Shown: positions 47,014 to 56,682 of the stretch, piece by piece
Position numbering within the stretch: position 1 is the first letter of the stretch
How the letters are laid out: each line of letters begins with the position of its first letter
Origin: a virus
Virus record (IMG/VR): IMGVR_UViG_3300037454_000906
Span: 64,001 to 128,000 of that record
DNA: 64,000 nucleotides
Strand: one strand, 5' to 3'
The notes under the pieces: generated by a model
What the model was told of the DNA's origin: nothing
Database searches by the model: none
The model's input: the letters and a program-made list of their open reading frames with translations, nothing else
Position numbers and translations under genes: made by a program

Positions 47014-47331
47014 TCATTCCTCCTCTGGCGCGGGGAGTATGGGCATCCAATACTCTACTCCATAATCATAAAAACTAAAACCCATACGTCCTTTATGGTT
47101 TATATGCGTCCATTTATCGGCATTTCTGAATCCGCTAGAACCGCAAATTATGTAATAGCCTTCTTCGCTAGGTTTTTCCTCGCTAAACTTTCTCCAGCGG
47201 GTAGCCTCTCGCAACGAGGCGAGTTCTTTTTCCATGCTATCCACCCGTTCCATAGCTTGCAACAGAAACTCCCGCAGAATAGACGGCTTGTTGCAGTTTT
47301 CAACAAATTCTTTTGTGAGCTCCATACTCAA
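47014..47331 (-). CDS. DUF551-like phage protein
   Basis: RWRKFSEEKP..EG.Y...VEYWMPILPAP. Confidence 0.7.
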   Translation of the reverse strand: MSMELTKEFVENCNKPSILREFLLQAMERVDSMEKELASLREATRWRKFSEEKPSEEGYYIICGSSGFRNADKWTHINHKGRMGFSFYDYGVEYWMPILPAPEEE

Positions 47332-47399
47332 TCCTCCAAAAGATTATTTTCTATATGTTTTTATTCCTCGTTATGGAAGCACCGTTAAACCGATAGCTC

Positions 47400-47609
47400 T
47401 TACTGCTTCACAAATCGAAACTTGAAATGCTTGCCTTTATGCCGCTTCAACGGCTTGACGCAAGGTAGTGAATTTATCATCTTCTCGTGCCAGTCGGCGA
47501 ACGCTTGCCACTGTTCAGGCGTCTTCGGCTTGTACTCCTCAGCCTTGGCATGTAGCTTCTCCGACTGTTCGTCAAGGCATTTCAACCATTGTTCGTCGGG
47601 TGTTGTCAT
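47400..47609 (-). CDS. small hypothetical protein
   Basis: ORF track; follows a 35-bp repeat. Confidence 0.6.
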   Translation of the reverse strand: MTTPDEQWLKCLDEQSEKLHAKAEEYKPKTPEQWQAFADWHEKMINSLPCVKPLKRHKGKHFKFRFVKQ

Positions 47610-47923
47610 ACTAAGTTTTTATTCCTCGTTATAGAATCCTCGTTAAACCTAACCAAGAATTTCTTGGACGGCTAATCTTCCGCTATCGCCGTCTCCGAGG
47701 ACTTCGGCGATCTTTGACCAGCCTCACAGTGAAGCCGCTGCCGGGTCCTGGATCGGCAATGTCCTGCAGCATCTGGTACCGCAACGCGTCAAGCGCTTTC
47801 TCGTCCGTATTGCCATGGGCGTCTATCTCTACGATACGTGTATATTTTGCTCGGTATTTCATGTACCCTGTTCCCTTATTAGTTTTTATTCCTCGTTATG
47901 TAAGCCCATTAAACCCTGCCAAT

Positions 47924-48271
47924 CTAGGCTATATTATGTTCTTTTCGGTATTTGGGTGTACCGGGGTCACCGTCCTTGACTACCTCGGCGGTCAGCAGTT
48001 CATCCAGCGGACATGATGTCTGAATACCGTTGATGAACTTTATCCCATAATGTCCACTATACGGAAAATAATGTACTTCGGCAATGATACTTACCGAATG
48101 TTTCTGGTGGCAGTGGTCGGTAAACCAATGGTCATTATGTATGAGCGCATACCGGTCAACCGGTACCGGAATCATATCGGGCAATTCTTCGCATGGCATA
48201 CGATTATACTCACCTCGCCTACTTGGGTTTTTATCATCTCGTTGTGGAAGCCCCGTTAAAACCTTAATCAT
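47924..48271 (-). CDS. small hypothetical protein (true start probably downstream of the repeat at ~48227)
   Basis: ORF track. Confidence 0.5.
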   Translation of the reverse strand: MIKVLTGLPQRDDKNPSRRGEYNRMPCEELPDMIPVPVDRYALIHNDHWFTDHCHQKHSVSIIAEVHYFPYSGHYGIKFINGIQTSCPLDELLTAEVVKDGDPGTPKYRKEHNIA

Positions 48272-48491
48272 TTTTCTCCACCTTTATTACCTCAAATTCA
48301 TCACAGTAACTGTCATATATTTCATTAGACCACTTATATGCTTCGCTTTCAGTAAATCGTTGGGCTTGTTCTATATCTTCGGTAATGTTATACCCACTAA
48401 ATCCATCTTTGTCTGTGTCAATATGTAAAACATATACGGGGACTTCTCTATCTTCCCATTCTTTGCAAACCAATACAAATCCATTTTGCAT
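48264..48491 (-). CDS. small acidic protein
   Basis: Start MQNGFV directly after a repeat. Confidence 0.6.
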   Translation of the reverse strand: MQNGFVLVCKEWEDREVPVYVLHIDTDKDGFSGYNITEDIEQAQRFTESEAYKWSNEIYDSYCDEFEVIKVEKND

Positions 48492-48519
48492 GTTTTTATT
48501 CCTCGTTATGGAAGCCCCG

Positions 48520-48936
48520 TTAAGCCATAGGAGATTCAATCTTGCGCAATTCGGTTAAATAATCAACAGACTGCTCGCCCAATTCATCTAGGAATACCTC
48601 TTTGTCCGGTAAATCCAATTCATCAAAAGTTCCATCTATTTTTCTAGCACAACTGTTTTCGACTTTCCACTTTTCATTAGATTCCTGAAAAATACAAAAC
48701 ATCGTGATACGGTTTTCTAGCAAATCAATTAAAGATCTTATTGTTGTTGCGGCAAGAACATACTCTTTCAAATCAACATCACAGCAATACGCAATGTAAT
48801 ACTTGCCACCATGATTTTTACATACGAACAAAAGAGGTCCATCATAATAGACAAGAACCTTATCCGTTTTCAAATCGTTCAGATTAAAAGTTTCGTTATC
48901 ACTCATTATCTTTCCGGTAACACTTTGGGTGGACAT
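48520..48936 (-). CDS. hypothetical protein, AT-rich (YYDGP motif)
   Basis: ORF track. Confidence 0.65.
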   Translation of the reverse strand: MSTQSVTGKIMSDNETFNLNDLKTDKVLVYYDGPLLFVCKNHGGKYYIAYCCDVDLKEYVLAATTIRSLIDLLENRITMFCIFQESNEKWKVENSCARKIDGTFDELDLPDKEVFLDELGEQSVDYLTELRKIESPMA

Positions 48937-48957
48937 AACCTTATTATAAACACGTGG

Positions 48958-49608
48958 CTATATATAGAACGTTGATTCACCGGACTCGAATTCACGCTTG
49001 ATGAGGCCGGTGACTTTCAATCCGTCGGGACTCTTGTCGAACCACGCCTCTATCATATCCAGGTTCTTGAATACGAATCCGTTGCTGTTGATGAGATCAT
49101 ATGCACTTTTGTTCAGTGCACATTTGCACAGTGCAACCCTGGCGTCAATGGATTCCTTGAACCACCACCACATCGCCCTGATGAACATGCCGTGCCCGAT
49201 GACCACGGCGTTTTCCTCGCGCATCGGAGTGGAAATTGACGAAATGGCTTCATCGATCCTGCCGAGCATGGTGTCCTTGCCCAGCGGGACCAGGGATGCA
49301 AATTTGTCCTCGGAAATTTCCCAAAACTTGACGTTCCCGAGGCCGGAGCAGTCGAATTCACGGAATTCATCGAGAGGCACCGTTTCCATCCAGGGGAACA
49401 ATGCATTCGCGGTCTCCCTGCATCGCAACGCGGGGGAGACGTGTATCTTGGACGGGAACCCGCAGATATGGATTCCGACGCTAAGCCGCCACCTTTCAAT
49501 GTCGGCTTTGGATAGCGGAAGTATACTGGACCCGTCGTAGTTCCGCAATATGCTGCCGCTGAGGTTCGCCTTCGTAGGGGCGTGCCTGATCAAGTAAAGC
49601 CTGTACAT
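48958..49608 (-). CDS. histidine phosphatase (PGAM-like)
   Basis: LYLIRHAPT, VSPALRCRETA, FREFD, VIGHG. Confidence 0.85.
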   Translation of the reverse strand: MYRLYLIRHAPTKANLSGSILRNYDGSSILPLSKADIERWRLSVGIHICGFPSKIHVSPALRCRETANALFPWMETVPLDEFREFDCSGLGNVKFWEISEDKFASLVPLGKDTMLGRIDEAISSISTPMREENAVVIGHGMFIRAMWWWFKESIDARVALCKCALNKSAYDLINSNGFVFKNLDMIEAWFDKSPDGLKVTGLIKREFESGESTFYI

Positions 49609-49654
49609 ATGAAGAAATATAGTAAACTGGCCCCGCCCCGGCAACATATAAACT

Positions 49655-50785
49655 GTGTACATGAATTTCCTTGAGTCAATCGCCACACTGGATATCCCGA
49701 AACCGTTCATGGAAGCATGCGTTTACGGGTACAAGACCATATTCGAGTCCAGCACAAAAATGGAGAGGGCCATCGAGAAAGCGTGCGAGATTGCCGGCGT
49801 CAAGGACGAGGGCGACCTATCCGATGGAAACCATACCTTCAACGACCTGTACTGGCAGCGCTGCGTACTGTTCGCGGTGCTGGTGAACCTGTTCCCCAAG
49901 TTGGCCTGGAAGAGTAAAAAGCACGAGGACGGCGAACCCTGCCATGATGGCAAGAACTTCCTCGTGTGCATCGAGACGCCAAAGGGACCATATTCCTACC
50001 ACTACCCCCTAAAGAACTGGGACTTGTTCAAATGCGTTGAGCTTGAAAGGGCCAAGAAGTTCGACGGGCACACCGACAAGGATGTGGAACGTCTACTCTC
50101 CCTCGTGCCCGAGAATATGCCCAGAAGCGTGCTGAGTGACCTATGGAATAAGAGGGGCGACCACAACATGCGGAACTACCAGAAGCCGGCTCCGCTAGTG
50201 GAAGGCACTTACAATCAGTACAAGTGCTTCCCGCGCAACCAGGTACGCGCCATCTATAGCGGGCATAGCCTGCAACTTTCCGACGGGACGGTGGTTGACG
50301 GGTTTCCGATCGGTATCCGCGGTTCAGTCGAGGTGATTGTCGATGGATGCGAAAAGGGGAATTTCGAGTACACGCCGTTCAGGTGGCCAAGCGACCCGGA
50401 AGAACCGACCCCATCATACTACCAGTACAGAATCACATCCCACATACCGGAAGACAGCCCGAACAGGCCGGCGAACCATGTCCACCTGACGAATTCCCCG
50501 GAAAGCGGACAAGCTGCTCAAATGGGTTTCCTTTTCCAAGGGATGTCCCATCATGGAATCGGTCAGGTACAAGGAAGGACACAAGGATTCCAACGGAGAG
50601 GATGCTCCGTGGACCATAGTGTCGCACAAGACCGGCAAAATCCTCTCGTCACACAAGAGCAAAAAAGCCGCAGAGAAACACCTGCGGCAAATGGAATACC
50701 ACAAGCACAAAGGCTAGTACCTGTTGAAGCATGCACACAGTTCGAGGATGCGTTTGCGACAAACCACGGGAATACGGTAGTCTAG
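49655..50785 (+). CDS. multi-module phage protein (DGNHTFNDLY...FDGH module); probable frameshift near 50490
   Basis: ORF track; an alternative frame gives MESVRYKEGHKDSNGEDAPW...HKSKKAAEKHLRQMEYHKH. Confidence 0.65.
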   Translation: MYMNFLESIATLDIPKPFMEACVYGYKTIFESSTKMERAIEKACEIAGVKDEGDLSDGNHTFNDLYWQRCVLFAVLVNLFPKLAWKSKKHEDGEPCHDGKNFLVCIETPKGPYSYHYPLKNWDLFKCVELERAKKFDGHTDKDVERLLSLVPENMPRSVLSDLWNKRGDHNMRNYQKPAPLVEGTYNQYKCFPRNQVRAIYSGHSLQLSDGTVVDGFPIGIRGSVEVIVDGCEKGNFEYTPFRWPSDPEEPTPSYYQYRITSHIPEDSPNRPANHVHLTNSPESGQAAQMGFLFQGMSHHGIGQVQGRTQGFQRRGCSVDHSVAQDRQNPLVTQEQKSRRETPAANGIPQAQRLVPVEACTQFEDAFATNHGNTVV

Positions 50786-51097
50786 GACCCGCACATATGG
50801 ATAGTGTGGCGAAAGTAATCCACGAAAGGTTATGTGTTGACTCGCATCCTTGGTGAAATTGGGCTCGATGTCAGGCGCACGGCGTTTCAGAAAATCTTTG
50901 AATATCTCCCACACCTCGGCGTTCTTCACAAAACCAATTGACAGTTCCCTGTCTCCATAAAACATAGTGATAATACACGGTTCATAATGCGTTAGCTGAG
51001 AGAGCATGCTCGGCTGCAATTTAGCGGTTCCGAAAAGTTTCCTCAGGAAATTCCCAAAAATGATCCCATATAGTATGCAAAAAATTCTATTCACCAT
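50714..51097 (-). CDS. hypothetical protein
   Basis: ORF track. Confidence 0.45.
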   Translation of the reverse strand: MVNRIFCILYGIIFGNFLRKLFGTAKLQPSMLSQLTHYEPCIITMFYGDRELSIGFVKNAEVWEIFKDFLKRRAPDIEPNFTKDASQHITFRGLLSPHYPYVRVLDYRIPVVCRKRILELCACFNRY

Positions 51098-51269
51098 AGT
51101 AGAACTTTTTCTTTATGTGCCCACCCGCGCGGTCGTATATCCTGTCGTTAAACCTTCCCGCGTTGTACTGTCCGCACTTTCCGCATATGAATTCCACCTT
51201 GGGCGACCTACCGAGCAGCATTGCCGGACTCCAGTTCCAGAGCTGAGCTTTCTTGCACCTTACACTCAT
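51087..51269 (-). CDS. small zinc-finger-like protein
   Basis: CKK...CGKCG. Confidence 0.5.
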   Translation of the reverse strand: MSVRCKKAQLWNWSPAMLLGRSPKVEFICGKCGQYNAGRFNDRIYDRAGGHIKKKFYYGE

Positions 51270-51278
51270 GATATCTTC

Positions 51279-51725
51279 CTATACGAACGCTGATGGCTTG
51301 GTTTCCGACGGGGTTTCAAGGAACACCTTGCAAGGTTTGCCCATCTTCTTGCAACGCTCTATGTTACACTTGACACCATACGATGTGCCGTTCCAGAACG
51401 CGATCGCCATGTCGCAGTCTTCGGTCATGGCGGCATCTTTGACCTGGTAGAATTCCTCGCCGGATTTGCCTTGCGCCCGGTCCCACAGGGACTTTACTCG
51501 ATCGTAACATACACGACGGGCATGCGGCTTTTCCTGGGAACAATACACGGTAACGTTCTCGTAGCCCTTGGACTTCAGGTATCTCTGGGCCATCTCGTCG
51601 GCTCCATAGCAGTCACCCACCAAGAATTCAACCCCCCTGTCCATGAACCGGTCCAGGGCGTCGGTCATCTCCTTGGTCAATGATTTCAGATGCGAACTGC
51701 CGGAAACGAATACTTTCATGGACAA
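51279..51725 (-). CDS. SLOG-superfamily (YspA-like) protein
   Basis: VFVSGS, FLVGDCYGADEMAQ, KDAAM..DCD.AIAFWNG.SYG. Confidence 0.8.
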   Translation of the reverse strand: MSMKVFVSGSSHLKSLTKEMTDALDRFMDRGVEFLVGDCYGADEMAQRYLKSKGYENVTVYCSQEKPHARRVCYDRVKSLWDRAQGKSGEEFYQVKDAAMTEDCDMAIAFWNGTSYGVKCNIERCKKMGKPCKVFLETPSETKPSAFV

Positions 51726-51728
51726 CCT

Positions 51729-51950
51729 CTAAGGTGTGGTGGACATCAACGGCAACATTAGCATGTACACTATGGCCATCGGTATCAATGCGTCGATGGC
51801 AAACAGGAGCCGTTCCCAGCGTGACTTGCTGTATCTGTCTATGCAGCTACCGACGATGCAGCCGTTGAACACCGAGTAAGCCACAGTCAGCATGAGTGCC
51901 GCACCAAGCATCATGCGGTAATCTTCGAGCGTGGGGATGGTTTCCATCAT
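51729..51950 (-). CDS. small membrane protein
   Basis: 2 TM. Confidence 0.55.
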   Translation of the reverse strand: MMETIPTLEDYRMMLGAALMLTVAYSVFNGCIVGSCIDRYSKSRWERLLFAIDALIPMAIVYMLMLPLMSTTP

Positions 51951-52447
51951 AAGTTCTCCTTATTCAGGTTGTCGGCCTCTTTCATGATGCGATCAATGTA
52001 TTCCTGCCTGAAACTCGGACCTATGCGGCGAAGTATTTCCCTGAACAGGATGCCGACACTACACAATTCGTTGTGGAACTGCCGGTTGAACTCAATCGCC
52101 TTAGTGGCCATCATCATATCAAGATTCCGGTATTCTTCGGTATACTTTCGGAGTGCGCGCTTCAACATGAAACGCCAGCTTACCTCGATATCATAACTAC
52201 TGGAGGTGACACCGTACTTCCTGATGTATACTGTGGATGTTCCGTCCGAGAATATATAGAGCCGCGAAACTTCAAACTCTTTCTCAGTGCCGCCGAACCG
52301 ATACTGATAGTCGTAGTAACAGCTCACCGCGGACACGATGTGACATTTATTATCGTCCAGTTCGCTAATCGGGACGGTGCGAAAGCGGCAGCCCGATAGT
52401 CCGAACACGTCCCTACATGCTTCCTTGTAATAATCCACCGAAATCAT
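51947..52447 (-). CDS. hypothetical protein
   Basis: ORF track. Confidence 0.65.
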   Translation of the reverse strand: MISVDYYKEACRDVFGLSGCRFRTVPISELDDNKCHIVSAVSCYYDYQYRFGGTEKEFEVSRLYIFSDGTSTVYIRKYGVTSSSYDIEVSWRFMLKRALRKYTEEYRNLDMMMATKAIEFNRQFHNELCSVGILFREILRRIGPSFRQEYIDRIMKEADNLNKENL

Positions 52448-52938
52448 TGCACTACATCCTCTTTGGCATCGGGGTTCTTCAGTTTCTCGATTTTCTGGTC
52501 GATTTTTGTCAATTCTTTGTCCAGGGGGGCAACCATGAATTTCTTTTTGTCCTGGATGGACTTGCGCTTCTTCCTCAGGTCGGCCAGCATCCGTTTACGG
52601 AACTCCCTTGACAGCTCATCCTCGGTCATGCCGAGAAAGCCCAGATTGATCTTGATGATGCACTTTTCCTGACGGTACTTATGGAAATGCACATGTAGAC
52701 AATAGATGTCTTTATGGCCTTTTGAGTACATCCACTGGTGAGAGGCAATCTTGTCGACATCGTTCCTGATCTTGTCAATCGATTCGGGAGGATCGACGGA
52801 CAGCGCGTTGCACTCGAGGAGGATTGGGATGACCATCTTCAACTTAGCTACCAACGCATTCTTCGCATTAATATAGTTGGCGAAAAGCTCGTCGCCGGAT
52901 GGCGCTTTCGCCGGTTTGCTTCTTTGGTTAGTTTTCAT
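52444..52938 (-). CDS. hypothetical basic/coiled-coil protein
   Basis: Start MKTNQ, leaderless. Confidence 0.65.
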   Translation of the reverse strand: MKTNQRSKPAKAPSGDELFANYINAKNALVAKLKMVIPILLECNALSVDPPESIDKIRNDVDKIASHQWMYSKGHKDIYCLHVHFHKYRQEKCIIKINLGFLGMTEDELSREFRKRMLADLRKKRKSIQDKKKFMVAPLDKELTKIDQKIEKLKNPDAKEDVVQ

Positions 52939-52975
52939 GAAGGATATATAGCAATTTCTGTGCGCCGTGGCAACG

Positions 52976-53176
52976 TTACCACTCACAGACATGCCCATCC
53001 TCGAACTTAATTCGATAGACGCAGACATCCCATTTGCCGCTCGGTGTCTTCCAGAACCTCGCCCACACTTCGTGGTACTCGCCGAGGTGTGTCCCGGGTG
53101 CGCAGCGGGACACATAGTGCACCCGATGGCCGAATTCATCCAGTTCGGGTACCATATTCGGATCGATACTATTCAT
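52976..53176 (-). CDS. small hypothetical protein
   Basis: ORF track. Confidence 0.55.
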   Translation of the reverse strand: MNSIDPNMVPELDEFGHRVHYVSRCAPGTHLGEYHEVWARFWKTPSGKWDVCVYRIKFEDGHVCEW

Positions 53177-53645
53177 GCGAAACTCCCAGCAGCTTGCGTG
53201 GATCCTGGATCAGGTATCCGCGATTGTCCAGATAGTCCATTATGTTGTTGACTATCTTGCAGAAGGTGTCCTTGTCACCCAGGGTGGTTTCCATGATGAC
53301 CGCTTCGCCCTGGTCCGCCCTCAGTTCAAGGGTCTTCCGCCCGAGAGCGCAGACATCAATGCTCGCATGTACTTCATTGCCCCCGTCCTTCTTCGTGAGC
53401 ATGGGGCGATCGAACCTGGCGATAATAATGCCGTTGTCGGTCTCGATGATGCCACTTAGGATTAGTCCAATGCCCCTGGATCCATAACAACGTCCCGTTG
53501 CATACTTGATCGTTGTATCTAATGGCAACTTGCGCTTTGCCTTCTCGTTGATCTTCTTCAACAGGTTCGCATAGTCGACATCGTTCGACTGCGCCAACAG
53601 TTCGCGTGATTCTTGCCTGTATTTTTCCTCTTCTTCGTCCGTCAT
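53169..53645 (-). CDS. hypothetical protein
   Basis: ORF track. Confidence 0.65.
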   Translation of the reverse strand: MTDEEEEKYRQESRELLAQSNDVDYANLLKKINEKAKRKLPLDTTIKYATGRCYGSRGIGLILSGIIETDNGIIIARFDRPMLTKKDGGNEVHASIDVCALGRKTLELRADQGEAVIMETTLGDKDTFCKIVNNIMDYLDNRGYLIQDPRKLLGVSHE

Positions 53646-53711
53646 GGGATGTCCTTCATTGCAACCGGTATTTGGGATCCGGCAAATTTAGTATTCTGTT
53701 TAAGTGCGGTA

Positions 53712-54092
53712 CTACAGTTTGAGGATGGTTTCAAGGACGGACGCAAGGGCCCGGGGCTCGATCAGAACGCCATGGAATTCCCCGCCGGGGTTGACCGCGG
53801 TGATTCCCGGCGTGTCCAACGGGAGCTTGCCAATACGGACACAGTGTGACGCGAGGTCAATAACTGCACTCATGAGCTGCAAGTCGAGATAGTCCTGCAT
53901 CGGGTCCGCCGATCCAGCAAAGGCACGCGGGACACCGAAATCGAACATGTTCTCCATGCAGATGTCGAAACTGCACCGCGTGTTGTCCTTGATGCCCGAA
54001 TATTTCCAGAACTCATCGTATCCGAATTCGCGTGCCTTCTCAAGAAGTGCCTTGTGGCGATTGCTAAACAGGTATTTTTCCGGTATTTCCAT
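53712..54092 (-). CDS. hypothetical protein
   Basis: ORF track. Confidence 0.65.
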   Translation of the reverse strand: MEIPEKYLFSNRHKALLEKAREFGYDEFWKYSGIKDNTRCSFDICMENMFDFGVPRAFAGSADPMQDYLDLQLMSAVIDLASHCVRIGKLPLDTPGITAVNPGGEFHGVLIEPRALASVLETILKL

Positions 54093-54148
54093 ATTTTCCC
54101 CTTTGATACATTGGTTTATCGCTTTCGATGGCGCCGGGCCGAATGGGT

Positions 54149-54490
54149 TTAGGCCCCACCCAGGACACCCAGAACATCAGTGACAAGCTGTTCTATTGCA
54201 ATTTCGGATTCATGCATAATAATGCGGCCAGCACATACCCTAACATTAAACATAGAACCCATATCATAGTTCTTGTATCTTTCCGGATGGGTCTGACTAT
54301 CCAATTTTGCCATTATTCCTACTGCACAACGGTACGCACTTTCCTTGCCCCCCGGGAAATGCGTTGCACAATATTTTATGAACTCGTTGGAGTCGTTTGC
54401 CAAGTTGCTAACTTGGTCCACTCCAGCCGACTTCAGCATCTGAAAAAGTCTATCCCTAACCGCCCGTTTGAATGCGAGGATGGGTGTCAT
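54149..54490 (-). CDS. hypothetical protein
   Basis: ORF track. Confidence 0.6.
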   Translation of the reverse strand: MTPILAFKRAVRDRLFQMLKSAGVDQVSNLANDSNEFIKYCATHFPGGKESAYRCAVGIMAKLDSQTHPERYKNYDMGSMFNVRVCAGRIIMHESEIAIEQLVTDVLGVLGGA

Positions 54491-54945
54491 CAGTTGCCCC
54501 TCTTCGCCTGTAGCGCATTGACCACCAATTGGCTTGCCGTCTTGCCATCGAAACGGCCCTTGATGATGGGGGTAAGAATCTTCATGACCTTGCCCATATC
54601 CTTCTGTTCCCGGGCACCAGTTTCATCAATGGCCTTGTCAATTTCGGCCACCACCTCAGCTTCGGACATCTGCGCCGGCATATACTGCTTGTATAAGTCA
54701 AGTGTCTTCTGTTCCTCTCCGGCTCGCTCGGTCTTGCTGGCCTTCATATAGCCATCGATGGTTTCGGTCTTCTGCTTGATGGCCTTGTCGATGACGGCAA
54801 TGCACATCGCGTCATCAATCGGCTTCTGTGCAGAGATCGACGCATTCTTGATATCAGCGACCAACGTACGGAGGGCGGTCAGAGCCACCATGTCATGAGC
54901 CTTCATCAGTTCCTTGATCTTGTCGTTTAGTGTATCTATCAGCAT
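54490..54945 (-). CDS. GatB/YqeY domain protein
   Basis: L.DKIKELMKA.D..AL..LR...KQ..ETI..Y...YMPAQMSEAEV...KDMGKVM...GRFDG. Confidence 0.9.
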   Translation of the reverse strand: MLIDTLNDKIKELMKAHDMVALTALRTLVADIKNASISAQKPIDDAMCIAVIDKAIKQKTETIDGYMKASKTERAGEEQKTLDLYKQYMPAQMSEAEVVAEIDKAIDETGAREQKDMGKVMKILTPIIKGRFDGKTASQLVVNALQAKRGN

Positions 54946-54985
54946 ATTGTCTCCTTTTTATGCCATGTACTTCGTGAACACCAAA

Positions 54986-55345
54986 TTAGGTGGACGCGGT
55001 ATCCCCATTTGAAATCAAATTCGACGAACTCGGCCTCTCCAGGCGCCTGGCACCCAGGTCATGGATGATGTCATCCACGAGGATGTCCCACTTGTGTTCG
55101 GCGGCGCCGCCGATGACCGAACCGATGGAAAAACTGCCACAGTCGGGATCATAGTTGTAATCCTGCGTGAGGATCAGGTGGCAAGACGCGTTTGGGAACG
55201 TGCGGAACATGTTCTCAAATTGCAGCATCCTGGCATATGCCTGCCCGAGTGCATCAAGGTCAGTGGACCTGAACACGCCATATCGCACTCCCTTCTCGTT
55301 CTCGTATAGAATCTCGTAGTGGTCGGTATTGTCTGTTTTGCTCAT
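54986..55345 (-). CDS. hypothetical protein
   Basis: Start MSKTDN. Confidence 0.6.
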   Translation of the reverse strand: MSKTDNTDHYEILYENEKGVRYGVFRSTDLDALGQAYARMLQFENMFRTFPNASCHLILTQDYNYDPDCGSFSIGSVIGGAAEHKWDILVDDIIHDLGARRLERPSSSNLISNGDTAST

Positions 55346-55809
55346 ATTTTTATTCCTTCTAATTTGCATGCCTCCGCGACGTTTCGGAGTATGGTTTTCC
55401 GTTCGTCATCGGATAACGGGGGCAACCTTGAATATTCGTTCTCGATGTTCCATGCGCTATTGACGAGCCAATAAAAGTCCCGCATTCTGTAATACGTGTC
55501 ATCCAGTAAAGATTCCGCATCCCCCTTTTCATAGAATGCCACGATTCCGGAATCGAGGCGCTTGCGCGCGTGCTTACCGGGTATGACTTGCCCGCATTCC
55601 AGGGCGTGCTTCATGGCGTCTTCCCTGTCCAGAAACACGATTTTCCCGTCAATGCACGCCATGAAACCCATGCATACATTGCTGAACACGCCAAAGACAT
55701 GAAAGAGTTCCGCACGCGCTTCCCCGAGGGTCCTACCGCGCCCGAACGGGCACATCACCGGTTGGCCGGACTCGGTAGCCTTAGCTAAACATGCTGCCGT
55801 TACGATCAT
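55342..55809 (-). CDS. conserved phage hypothetical protein
   Basis: GF...FLDREDAMKHALECGQ pattern. Confidence 0.65.
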   Translation of the reverse strand: MIVTAACLAKATESGQPVMCPFGRGRTLGEARAELFHVFGVFSNVCMGFMACIDGKIVFLDREDAMKHALECGQVIPGKHARKRLDSGIVAFYEKGDAESLLDDTYYRMRDFYWLVNSAWNIENEYSRLPPLSDDERKTILRNVAEACKLEGIKI

Positions 55810-55811
55810 TG

Positions 55812-56417
55812 CTACACCAATTTCGCCGTTTCATTGCCGAAACTATCACAGAAGCCCTTCGGGTAATGGTCGCACGCGCCGTCCTTGGACACCATAATCT
55901 TCTCGCGACCCTCATCGAAAAGCCAGTAGTAGCCTTCGAGTTGCTTTTCCTTGATCTGCGCAAGGGCATTCTGGATGGCAGTGTCGTTGGTGGCCTCCCC
56001 TACCAGGTTGCCTTCCGGGTCAAACAGGAATGCCGGCTTGGCAATATAGTTGTCAATCGTGATGCTGCAGTTCCTCCGCGAACGCACCACCGCGGCAATT
56101 TTCTCGATGTCCTCGCCAATGTGAGCATCACAGCGTCCACTAAGCATGGCGAGCATTGGGTCGATTTTGTATATGGCATCCCTGAAGGCACTATCCGGGG
56201 CACGTTTCACCTTGCCAAAGAGAGATACCGACTTTGGGTCCCGATCAAACTTCTCCTGCCATTTGATTTCGTCCTTCGTATGGGTCATGTCGAAGATAGT
56301 CTTCTTAATTTCATCCAGGTATCCCGGAATGGATGCCAGCATCTCAATTGCATTTGCAATCGGTGTCGGGCAGCCATTCGAGTCGAACAATGTCACGGTT
56401 GTTGGGCTGTCATTCAT
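55812..56417 (-). CDS. hypothetical protein
   Basis: Start MNDSPT. Confidence 0.65.
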   Translation of the reverse strand: MNDSPTTVTLFDSNGCPTPIANAIEMLASIPGYLDEIKKTIFDMTHTKDEIKWQEKFDRDPKSVSLFGKVKRAPDSAFRDAIYKIDPMLAMLSGRCDAHIGEDIEKIAAVVRSRRNCSITIDNYIAKPAFLFDPEGNLVGEATNDTAIQNALAQIKEKQLEGYYWLFDEGREKIMVSKDGACDHYPKGFCDSFGNETAKLV

Positions 56418-56425
56418 ATGTACTC

Positions 56426-56659
56426 CTAGTATAATGCAGCGCTCATCTCGTAGAGGGCCGCGTAAATGTTGTTTAGTTCCCGTTCGGTCATTGCGCCGAG
56501 TTCCCCTTCGCCGAATACCCGGTTCATGACGTAGAACGGATCGTACCACGATTCGCTGCACCCCATCCTGTTCTTGCCGGGAACGGGCTTCGCATCATGG
56601 CACTCCTTGAGGATATGCTCCTTCGTGTAATATTCTGCTCTGCTATTGATCATGGCCAA
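56426..56659 (-). CDS. small hypothetical protein
   Basis: ORF track. Confidence 0.6.
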   Translation of the reverse strand: MAMINSRAEYYTKEHILKECHDAKPVPGKNRMGCSESWYDPFYVMNRVFGEGELGAMTERELNNIYAALYEMSAALY

Positions 56660-56682
56660 GTGTCCCTGAATACCCGGTTAAC

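Larger units (their letters stand above)
46910..48526 (-). repeat. 35-bp intergenic repeat family GGTTTAACGGGGCTTCCATAACGAGGAATAAAAAC (6 copies)
   Basis: Copies at ~46910-46943, 47357-47391, 47615-47649, 47882-47915, 48227-48263, 48492-48526; partial copy at ~13700-13714; contains GAGGA SD. Confidence 0.9.
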
